Below are positions 53,572 through 64,000 of a stretch of DNA of 64,000 nt, in pieces. The notes under the pieces are model-generated. The model saw only the letters and a list, made by a program, of their open reading frames with translations. It made no database searches and had not been told where the DNA came from. This stretch comes from Balanoglossus misakiensis. Taxonomy: Eukaryota; Animalia; Hemichordata. Numbering within the stretch: position 1 is the stretch's first letter; each line of letters starts with the position of its first letter. Position numbers and translations under genes: made by a program. The stretch spans positions 11,513,451 through 11,577,450 of the forward strand of contig CM082585.2 of NCBI GenBank assembly GCA_040954595.2. Direction: 5' to 3'.

Positions 53572-54554
53572 TTAAAGGAGCTCTCGGAACTGTTTTACTT
53601 ATTTTCCAATGTTGATTTACTTTGTGTATTTTGTAATGTTATAAACAAAACACTACTATTATTTCATCAGAGTTATGAAAGAATTCGATCAGAATTCTTA
53701 ATTAAGTGGTTTTTAGTCATCTCACTCAATCATTATAAATAGTAAAAAATTCAGATATTGGGTTCGTCCATTTAAGACTGAAATACGAAATAAGAACACT
53801 GCCAGTCTTTCAAATACTCAAACACAAGAGGAATCTTTTTTCTATAATTCTTATATGTGCCATAGAAATAAAACTGTGTGATGTTAACTTTCCATTACAA
53901 ATGGATTTACAGGGAGGGAACGATTTGTGCATATCGGCTAATCATGTTAACGGCAAGAGCTCCAACTGAGGGTACAAAGGTTGCCAAAATGCATCAGAGA
54001 GATAGACAACTTCTAGATCTCTATCAATTTTTAACTTTGACAGCCTTGAAGGCTCATTGCTACATCTTTTTAAAAGAAGAACTGACAAAAGTAAACAGGG
54101 TTCAGAACTTCAGTGTTTTTTAAGTATTTCCTGTATATGAAAGGAGGGATCTATTTATAATTATCATCTCTGTGAGAAATAAGAATATATGAAAATGTAA
54201 TGTTTCTTCTTATACTTGGTACTTTGTACAACTCTGTAATCTAGGTGTGTTTGACATTCATTTGTGATGATAAATAAAAGCTAGATTTTTGTTAATGTTT
54301 GATATGTCTAGTGTGTGACTTGCACAAGTGAACATTGATTTAATATATTATTGGAAGACTGAAATAATGAGAACATTTAGTATCCCAAACCGCTGTTGAC
54401 CTGGAGTTTGACCTTCTTATGACCTTTCTAGTACCACCGCGCCCTCACAGGGTCATGTGACGTGGTTCAGGTCAGGGTTCAGGTGCGTTGTTACTACATG
54501 TGCAACCCCTTCGTGGCAAGGAAGTAATTCTTGTGAAATGATCGAGAGCAAGTG

Positions 54555-57225
54555 ATGAATATGGTCAAGTACAATTTTCTCGGCAACTCTGGACTTAAAG
54601 TTTCCAATATTTGCCTCGGGACGCTGACGTTTGGAGAAAGTAGGGTAAGTTTGCATGTTCCGCCTTTGATGACCCAGAAAACAGCTGATCGCCGGCGGCG
54701 ATCTTTGGTATCGCGCCGTAGCGTTACGAACTCACTGTGTGTCGTTGGGGAAATACTCAGGGCTAAGGTTTGATCAACGTGTGCCTAGCTAAATCCAGTT
54801 GAAGGTGTTTCGAATGTTTCGCTTGTGTTCTGCCCAGCCCCCTCCATGAAGGGGGCGTGGTCACACGTATCACAACGAGGGGGCGTGGTCACATGTACAG
54901 GTAGAAGTGGTATTCAGTTCTTACACACACGATCTGGTTCCAATACTATGAGTGATAAAATCAATGTTGCGCGATATTAATTGTTTTTACACTGATTTCA
55001 ACAAGAAGCTAAAGTATTAAAATAATATATCAAAAATGAGTGATTAAAGTAATTGTATTACTATACAACGTTGCAGTATAGTACAACTGATTAAAAACAT
55101 TGTTGCAAAGTGTTTTTGTTTTTGTTTTTTTATATTGAATAAAATAGTTAGGTCGACCTGGTCAGTGCGATGAAAATTCGTCGCATCAGTTGTTAGACCG
55201 ATTTGTGGAGTACGGTGGTAACTTTATTGACACAGCAGACAATTATCAGGATGGTATAGCTGAGGCCTATGTTGGATCATGGATGAAAAAGTAAGTCTAA
55301 AAGGGTTAGTGTAATCTGAGAGAATTATATGATTAAGATGAAATGCGTTTTTGTTTTGAGTAAGGATTATGGCCTGATGTTTGCAAAAGAAAGGGATATT
55401 CATGGTCAGAAATTTGAATATATAACGGAATGGTGACAATTGAGCCATGGTAACATTTCTTCTGTTATTTCATTCTATAGACGACAAAACAGAGAGAACA
55501 TGGTGGTCGCCACAAAGTGTCGTTGCTTAACTGACCCTACCAATCCAAACGGAGTCGGTTTAAGTCGTAAACACATCTTGTGGAGTGTTGAAAACAGCTT
55601 GAAAAGACTACAGACAGATTATATCGATCTCTACCAGGTAAAAGATGAACATCATGTGATTAAGACATTTCGGAATCAACCATACATAAGAAATTGCAAA
55701 GTTTTTTTGAAGTCTCTGAAAAATTGAATGTACTTCAGTCATCTCTTTCGTTGTTTGAGACAGTGGCATATGTCTACTCCCCAACCCATGTTGACCACCA
55801 ACTTTTGATCAAATGTGAGCACAATGTCCTTGATGCTATTTTTCAGATACATGCTTGGGACAAAGCAACACCAATCCAAGAAACTCTACGGACGATGGAT
55901 GACCTGGTCCGAAGTGGAAAAGTCAGATATCTGGGTGCCAGTAATGTAGCAGGATGGCAAATGCAAAAAATTGTTGACGAATGTAAAATAATGGGACTCA
56001 ATCCTATGATCAGTGTTCAGGTAAGCTGAGAGCACCCAATAATTATTCAACTTATTCAATTTTAAATGTATGGCCATATTTAGAGGTTGATAATGTGTGT
56101 GTGTATGTATACCCACCATTCTAAGTTCAGAAGTGAAATCATGAAAGTATTTCAAAAACTGGCAGCTATTGGATTTTAAACAGCAGCAGTTTCTGTATAT
56201 ATTTTTTCCTGCAGGCTCAGTACAGTCTGTTGGTTAGAGGTGTTGAACTTGAAGTGGTTGATGTCTGTAAGAATGAAGGGTGGGGCTTGTTGCCATGGAG
56301 TCCACTGAAAGGGTAAAAACATCATAGATTGTCTGTTTTCCAACTCAATAAGTCAAAGTCAAAATCATTGTCAATAAAAATGCTTAATGTATTAGCTTGT
56401 ATGCCATTAAGAATAGTTGTGTATGCCACTGAAAAGAATCATGTCAGCAACAAAATCTTGTGTTGTAATTGTTTATTTTTTTCAAAATGTCCAATAGAGG
56501 TTGGTTGACTGGCAAAGCAAAGAAAGGAGTATTGCCACCTGCAGGAAGTCGTATGGCATTTGTTGAAGCAGATCGAAGGCGTGAATATGAAAGCCATCCT
56601 AGCTTCTCTACTTTTGGCAATAACACACAAGTCTTAAATCTGATAGACCACATGGAGGCAGTTGGAAAAGAGCATGGTAAGTGGATCCGTGTATGAGTTC
56701 AAGGTTCAAAGTTGAAAGTCGAGACAGCTTGAGACCTTAATGTGTTAAACTATTTATTTCTGACATTACAAAGATGCTAAAATACAAAATTGATTTTGTT
56801 TGTTCTGTCGCAGGTAAATCCATTACACAGGTTGCTCTACGCTGGTTGCTACAAAAAGAGACTGTTCCTTCTGTCATAATTGGAGCAAAGACTTTACAAC
56901 AATTGGATGAAAATATGGGTGCAGCCAGTGGATGGGAACTGACTGATCAACAGGTGAGAGGACCATTGATGGATGGATGGATTGGTTGGTTGGGTTGGCT
57001 TAGTTGGCAGGCATTGAGTCTTGAATGGTTGAAGTGAATACAGTCTGAATGAGTCAGTGTTCATTGTCTGCATGTTAATTATTATTTCATCGTTATTTTC
57101 TTTTGTTTGTTTAATTGTCTCAGATGAGAGAACTTGACAACCTGAGTGCAACTGACATCCCCTATCCCTACTCTATGATCAATCGGATGAACAGAGACAG
57201 AAATCGAACATCGTGGTGTACATAA
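54555..57225 (+). CDS. Aldo-keto reductase (YajO/aryl-alcohol dehydrogenase/Kv-beta-like branch), 8 exons, ~360 aa
   Basis: [64 protein letters not shown] and IIGAKT; the catalytic D/Y/K/H tetrad is present. Exons 54555-54644, 55148-55290, 55481-55637, 55847-56020, 56215-56312, 56498-56676, 56814-56953, 57124-57225 (1083 nt, in frame). Confidence 0.93.
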
Positions 57226-57531
57226 TCATAGAAGTGAATGTTCCTCGTTCACAAATTAGCAGAAATTACACACAGATACAAAACCACAGCCAGATTTCAG
57301 GACATTCTGTGATTCTCGTGTAAATGCATACATTTATTGCCAGAATGAACAGAAAAAAATAGTGATTAACTTGAAATATTCCTCAGGTATTAGGTGAAAA
57401 CAATATGTACAAAAGAATTTCAAGAATTGACAAAATACCATATTCCCATACTTTGATTGGTGGAAAACTCTGCCACTCAGAGCAAGATCAGTGCCTGAGC
57501 CAATCAGGATAGACATTTCTTGGTAACTAAA

Positions 57532-59348
57532 TTACATGTCCTTTAATTCTGATTTGTCCTTATTAGGGTTAGGGATCTTGGGAGGTTTCACACCCCGATC
57601 CTTGAAAAATTTGGCCGCAAACATGTCTTTGCTCTTAACCATTTTGGCTGAGAATGCTCCAAATGTCATGGAGTTATACTGAAAAACACCACCATTACGA
57701 CCAATCGATACTAGCATCACTTGGCCCTCTGTAAAAACAGGATTGTAAAATCATTATTACATGTACTTAGTATGATAGGAAATACTAGTTTTTTTCTGGC
57801 GAAATGGGTGTGAAAAAATGTCATGTACCAGTTCAGTAGCTTTCCACAAGCGACTCCAAATGTGATTGGTCTGTGCTGAAATTTTATGTGACTGAATATT
57901 TCCAAATCTTCGGTTATTAAACAATGATTTTTACATGACTTACTTGGTGTGTACGGTTTCCTCACTTTTCCTTGATACTCTCGCGTCAAGTTCTGCACAA
58001 AAGACTCGGCATTCAAACCGGCTCGATACGACATCTTGGTTTCATTCATGTCACAGCAGTCACCGATGGCGTAGACGTTTTCACAACCATCGACCTCGAA
58101 ATAGCCATTGACCTTGAGTTGGCCTTTCTCATTCATGGAATCAGCTGTGTGAGAAAATTGTGTTAAAAACAACAATACAGAATTTAGGCATCTGAAACAA
58201 AACCCCAGCTGAGATCCATTTAAAGAAACATGTTATTGCCCATAGAGGAAACCAGGGACAGTATTGTCAATGATAAAAGCATGAAAGAAAAACTCACCAA
58301 GAGCATTGGCATATGCTGTGGAATTGGTTTTGTTACCAGTACAACGCAGCACTAAATCTGCCTGGATTTCCGTCCCTCGGTCGGTTCGTACTGTGAATTT
58401 GTCATCAGTTCTGTGCTCTGGTAGGTCATCTACATCAATGACCTTTTCACCTAGAAGCAAGATAACACCCAGTCTCTCGAGTTGACTTCTTGTGTCTCGC
58501 ACAATCTTGTGGCTGACATCTTCAGAAATTAGAGTTTTGGCTGTGTGAACCAGAGTGACTTCTTTCTGCTTGAATTCTGTTTTGATCTCTCCGGCCATCT
58601 CCACACCAACAGCTCCCCCACCAATGATAACTATATTGCTGGCAGCTCGGATCTTCAAAAAATGAAGACATCAGTATAGAATAGACATTGAACTTGAAGG
58701 TCTCTAGTAAAAGCGCAAATATTTTCAGGAAAATGCAAAAACAAAAGTTTCTTACCTCTTGGTATTGTTTTTCATACATTGCGATGCCCTCCTCAATGTT
58801 AACCTCTAACGGCAGTTTCCCTGGAAACGGTACACTGCTCCCTGTTGCTATGACGAGATGAGAATACTCAATTTCCTCCTCACTGTTGTCTCTTTCCACT
58901 TTCACTTTTTTCTCCTTGATATCGATGGCAGTGACCAGCCCTTGTTTGAAGTTATCAATGCTTAGTATTTGACTGAATGGTATAAATGTGTATTCAGCAA
59001 ACCCTGGATAGATATAAGATATTTTTGTATATATATAGAGAGAGATTAAGCAACCACCTGTTCGATTAACTGGATTAAGTCACATTTTAAAGTTTTCCTT
59101 GGAGATGGAAAAGGCACAGAGATGTAAAAGAAAAGAATTAACAAAGAAGGTAGTTTAAACATACCAGCTTGCACCGAGGCACGTAATGCAGCAACATTAT
59201 TATGAGTTCCATCCCTGCTGTCAATCAATGTGAATGGACACTTTCCCTTCAGTAACAGCGCCACCTTGAGGCCAGCTGGCCCACCTCCGACAATGACCAC
59301 GTGGATGTCTTGAGGAAATGGTGTTGATGACGACAGAGAGCCTCCCAT
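57532..59348 (-). CDS. AIFM2: Ferroptosis suppressor protein 1 / AIFM2-like oxidoreductase, paralog B, 5 coding exons, ~394 aa
   Basis: MGGSLSS myristoylation motif, VVIVGGGPAG, HNNVAALRASV, HLVIATGS.VPFPGK, IIGGGAVGVE, VYAIGDC and SIGRNGG. Exons 59348-59165, 59003-58756, 58652-58298, 58144-57944, 57728-57532 (1185 nt, in frame). Confidence 0.92.
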
Positions 59349-60699
59349 GATGCAGTGCAGTGGTTGGGTAATTCTGGGAGATCGTCGATGTTATATTACC
59401 ATTCTAGTGATTATTGTATTTGGCGTTGGCTAGCTCACAGTCCCTCAAGAAAGACGGTCGGGAATCGCCTATTATTCGGACGTGTGAATGAGAGGATTTA
59501 TAGCTGTAGGATGCGCATTATGGTCACCTGACCATCTAAGAGTTGCGCTTTTTCCTTGGAAGCAAGCGACAGTCGCTCTACTATCTACGATGATTTTCCC
59601 GATATGTTAGTTATGTTTCAAGTATTCGACATATTTTTAAAGACAAGGGAAGTGCACATTTCGTGTATGAATCGCTTCTTATAGCACTCACGGGCGTAGT
59701 AATTGTGGGCATACACATTTTGCGGGCGTTTCTGGGACCGCTTTACTTTCTGATCCTTTTTTCGATGTTTTTTAATCTCGATAAAAATTACCAAAAGCTA
59801 TGTATGTTAACTCCAATATATATGGTGTTAGGCAACTATATCGAAAATGAATGTTGTGGTCCTATATAAACAGTTTTCAATAAATTATAACGATGTCGGA
59901 TATGCCATTATTGGTATTCAGTTGTTAACAGTTGAATTGTGCCAATTTTGACAAAGATTAAACTCATGATTTATGACAAAGCTCGTGTAATCATTAAAAC
60001 ACTTGAAAGTTTTTTAACGGATTGTCACAAATATTGACATGCGTCAAAGTCCGTCAACGCGAGAAGCGCAAACTTTGCCCCCACCGTGTACCGAGCGGGT
60101 GAAACGCCCTGAACATAAGTGTAACATATGCATTGTAAGCCTACATGTAAGTTGGTAGTAATGTTCGTCTATTTCACGGTTGTACCCCGGGCCATACGTC
60201 TTATAAAGCAAAATTAAAGTGTTTGCAACAGATAAAGATACAAAGACTTCCAAGGCCTATTATAGCCTAAAATGATTCGTGAAATGCAATCGTATGCACT
60301 AATAATAACGCACCTGAGTGAGATGTTTCCACCTGATCATCCGCGTTGCAGTTGAACTGTACTGATCACATGACGCTCGAAGTCCAAGAGATTAATTCTG
60401 GCCTCGACAGCAGTTGACATAGACAACTCCCACTACCAGCTGATACGCAAAAAGGTATAGTAGTTCACTGTCCAGATGCAGTGCATGGTTTAATGTTTAG
60501 CACATTCTACAGCCTTTAGGCCTACCTGTAGACATTCGAGATAACAGTGTTGCAATATTGGAATTTTCACATAAAGTACCAAAAGAGGAGTTTTATTAAA
60601 TGATATAAAGAAAACACTATGTCACCATGCTTGATTTTTTGATAGAGCTGTTCAAATAATTTCACCATGTGAAAACTATAGTTCGAGAAAAGTAATTCG

Positions 60700-60770
60700 C
60701 TTCCACGTGAGCAAATCGTGTTCAGGACAACAAACAAACATACGAATCAAAATGGCGACGCGCAGCAGAA
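60700..60770 (+). promoter_or_regulatory. Candidate PEX1 first exon / start region (YY1-type CAAAATGGCG) within the divergent AIFM2-B/PEX1 intergenic region
   Basis: CpG-rich context, CACGTG at ~60704, caaaATGGCG at 60748-60757 and donor A|gtaagt at 60770/60771. Acceptor ttttacag at 61283 precedes the PEX1 ATG. Confidence 0.5.
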
Positions 60771-61349
60771 GTAAGTTTGTCTTCAACGCTTTGTTTTGTA
60801 TGTAGATATCTTCGGTGTAAATATACCAGGAAAGTCTACATGGTCCATTCAAATTGTTGTCTTTCAATTTCATTGTCTGAAAGTGTACGTGGTACTTAGA
60901 CCAGGGTACGTGAAGGTCAAACTCCATCAGACTGTTTAGAAAGTGCGTTCAACTTCCAATGCCCATCGTCTGCTTCATTGCATTGGGGCAACGCCCACTT
61001 TCCCTGTTTAGGTGACACATGGCGAGCAGACGTCAGATAGTGCCTTGCTACTTCTATACCAAGCTGCAGTACCGTAGCTGGAAGCTTTGCCAAGTCGGAC
61101 GGACGGTCTGGTTTTGAGTTGACACCCGAACCTCAGAACGCTCAGCAGTCTTTACGGTACGTGGTAGGGATGCGGACCCGTAGCAACTGTACGTGTACCA
61201 GTGTCATACAGCTACTACCTCACTGGAAATAGGTTTTAAAACAATGGATCTTAAATATGTATTTTCATGTTTTATTTTTACAGTTTAATCTCCCTGACAG
61301 ATTAGATGTGGCTGATGTACAAGCATTTGTTTGTGTACCCTGACATGTC

Positions 61350-64000
61350 ATGGCTACAGTAACTATTTGCTGCTTGGAGTTCAACAACACCAAGTCATCA
61401 TTTATCTCACTTCCGGCCATTCTTGCATCTGAATATCAGAAAATCGAGGTTAGTAATTAATTGATTGATATCATATACAGCTTCCCCTACTGATATTTTG
61501 GCTGTGTGTGTCGCGTTTCCAAGGTAACATGGTATTCATATTTATCTTCCCAGAATGCAAGTTTTGAACTACAGTGGGGTGACAACAGTAGGGTGTTTGT
61601 CAGCTGGTCTGGAGATGTGACCAGAAAAGGTCAAAATGAGATGGTGGTAGAGATCAATGGACTCTATGGAAACAAACTGGGTTTGCAGAGTGGACAGCAG
61701 GTATGTCATCCCCCCAAAACTGCATTTTGTATTAATTACATGACATGTTTCTCCTTGCACCCCCAAATTTGTTTCAAGATGGTGTAAATTCAATTGCTAA
61801 TTTCTCGTACTGTCAAAGTTACAAGTTGCTGTTTTGTTCCAGGTGTTGTTGAAACCCATTTCAAATATTCCATCCTGTGTGACTGCCCACATTGAACCGT
61901 TAACTGTGGATGACTGGGAAATACTGGTAGGTCACAACTTTATATATTGTCTTTATATGATAGAAGGAGCATCCTGGAGAAAAACAGCTTGACAAAATCT
62001 TTTGATATCGTTTTATGCCAAATTTATTCAAAACTGACAAAAATATACCACTACATGTATTCTGTTTTCACAGGAACTGCATGCTGGCTATGTTGAGTCA
62101 CAATTGCTCAGTCAACTGCGAATTGTATGGACTGGTCAGGTCTTTCCATTCTGGGTAAACAAAAATATCTGTATTTTTATGAAAACAGGTAATTTCCTTC
62201 TTTTTTTTTATTTGAATTACTTGATCTACATACAGAGCTTATTTTTGTGAAACCATATGCAACCATGACAGTAAAAGTTTAAATAGTTTAGAAGAATTGT
62301 TATGTATGGTTAAGGAGCTTTTCATTTCTTTCATTCTTTCAGGCAATGTTGAACCTATGGTTGCACAGTATGCGAAGCTGGAACAGTACACTCAGGTCAT
62401 CGTGGCACCAAAGTCTCGACTGCAAGAAAGTTTGCAGAAACCACCCAGACAGCAACGGAGCATGCTCAATGGCCCTGGGAGTGTGAAGAGAGAATCTGAC
62501 CCCCAAAGGGCAGTAGATAGTGGGAGTGTGGAGTCGCTCGGCCAAAAAACTAATGAACTGGCAGAGAACAGCAGTGAGAAGTCCCGTGAGAGACCATATG
62601 ACAATGTGCTCAAAACGGGCAAGTTAGAGTGGTCTCTGTATCCTGTGTGGTATGCTTCACAATTATACAACTACTTCAGGACTCCTCAAGTTGACGAAAG
62701 AAAGTTGAAGGTAAAGGAATCTGAAGAAGATGAAACTGTTGCCTCTAATTCTACTGAATTCAATGGAGTTGATCTGGACGGCATCAATATAGTGCTGCGT
62801 GTGCACCCCATGGGGGACAGCACGACTGTGACCGAATCACTCAGCAGACAGTCATCATATGGACACCACATGTCTCAGCAAGCACTGTCACATGACAGTC
62901 ACATGACACAGGAGGCCACCAGCCTGATGGAAGATCCGCCTGTGGACACCACTGACCGCTACTCCCACTTGATGCAGCCCACCACTGTCTACATCAACCG
63001 AGACACTCTGATCAACAACATCTCTGATCCCAAAACTCAGTGTCAAGTGGAGATGATGACGAACACAGAATACTCCAGTTTTCTGGCTGTTCTTGCTAAA
63101 GTGCCATCGCCCAAAGAGAGAATCGAAGAATACAGAAAGAAACTGCTGGACTCGGAGGACAAGACTAAAAAGAACCTAGAGCAGAAAAATGCCGGGAAAG
63201 GCAAACAGAGAGATGATAATCAAGATCAATCATCGTACGTCGTTCGTGTGATCGTCTGCAGCGATGAATACAAGACCTCGTCTGATTATCCCTACCCAAC
63301 GGTTTCCATGGCTACTGATTGTTCCTCAGAAGACCTGGTACAGGTGCAGGATTTGTTCCGTCGGCAGTTACACCTGGAAGTGACTGGCAGGGTCCGGCTT
63401 TGCGGATTGCACCATGCACCGTCACCAGTATCAGGCATTACGTTGAACCCTGTCTCTGATTTGGTAAGTCCAGACAATAAGTCAGATACCAGTGAAGTTG
63501 AGAGTAGTCAAGCAGAAATAAATTGCTAATCAGAGACAATTTCAGTGATAACATCTCTGTAATCAACCAATCAGACATCACAATTCACTTGCAACATTCT
63601 TCTTTTATTTATAGCCAAAAGGTATTGACCACTCAGAGATCATTTATGCATTTCAACTGTGGGTTGCCTGTGTCTCCTGCATGATGTATCCACTTCCCAT
63701 CAATCAAGGAACCCTCGTCAGATTTCCGATTTCAAGACATGAGGGTAAGTAGAAGTAGCACGACAAAAATCATCGCAATTAAAACCCCTCTCAACTTGCT
63801 GTGCAAAACCTCTTCTTGCCCAGTGATACATTTATGTTATCTATAAACACATGTCAGCAAATATTTCACACTTTGATTTCTTCTTTTCTCCTTTCAGATC
63901 ATTATGGTGAATTTTTGATTACACTGCTTCCTCCTAGTGGTGACACATCCAGAATGCAATATTTTCTTCTGCATCCGTATATTGCAAGAAAAGTGAAGAT
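61350..64000 (+). CDS. PEX1: Peroxisome biogenesis AAA ATPase PEX1, 5' part (truncated by window end)
   Basis: N-domain signatures FNNTKSSFISLP, VEINGLYGNKLGL and EPLTVDDWEILELHAGYVESQLLSQLRIV. Exons 61350-61448, 61554-61700, 61843-61926, 62074-62188, 62343-63463, 63615-63744, 63898->64000, phases consistent. The AAA domains lie beyond the window. Confidence 0.9.

Noticed and set aside
1-64000. CRISPR arrays, operons, prokaryotic defence systems, autonomous transposase or reverse transcriptase genes
   Set aside because: No regularly spaced repeats or such ORFs; all recognisable genes are intron-containing animal genes.

Overview
This is eukaryotic (metazoan) genomic DNA: AT-rich, with spliceosomal introns, (TATG)n microsatellites and patchy CpG depletion. 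A marine invertebrate, possibly a deuterostome such as a hemichordate, is my inference and is not proven. The right 26 kb is gene-dense, and I reconstructed six genes exon by exon with consistent splice phases: a single-coding-exon LRR-TM receptor-like gene (+), CCDC39 (-, 20 coding exons), two AIFM2/FSP1 paralogs (+ and -) flanking an aldo-keto reductase (+), and the 5' part of PEX1 (+). The left 38 kb has no recognisable long ORF. It looks like large introns or regulatory DNA plus a CpG-rich zone (about 24-36 kb) with two candidate divergent promoters. In it I found a hypothetical phase-consistent chain of small minus-strand exons, a non-autonomous TTAA/Kolobok-like element, a foldback element and three 17-25 bp CA...TG insertions with 7-bp target duplications. 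A piggyBac-type MITE lies at 53.5 kb. The most notable system-level observation is the FSP1-AKR-FSP1 redox cluster with a perfect ARE and DR1 upstream. No CRISPR, rRNA or tRNA was seen, and there is no firm evidence of a wholly new system.
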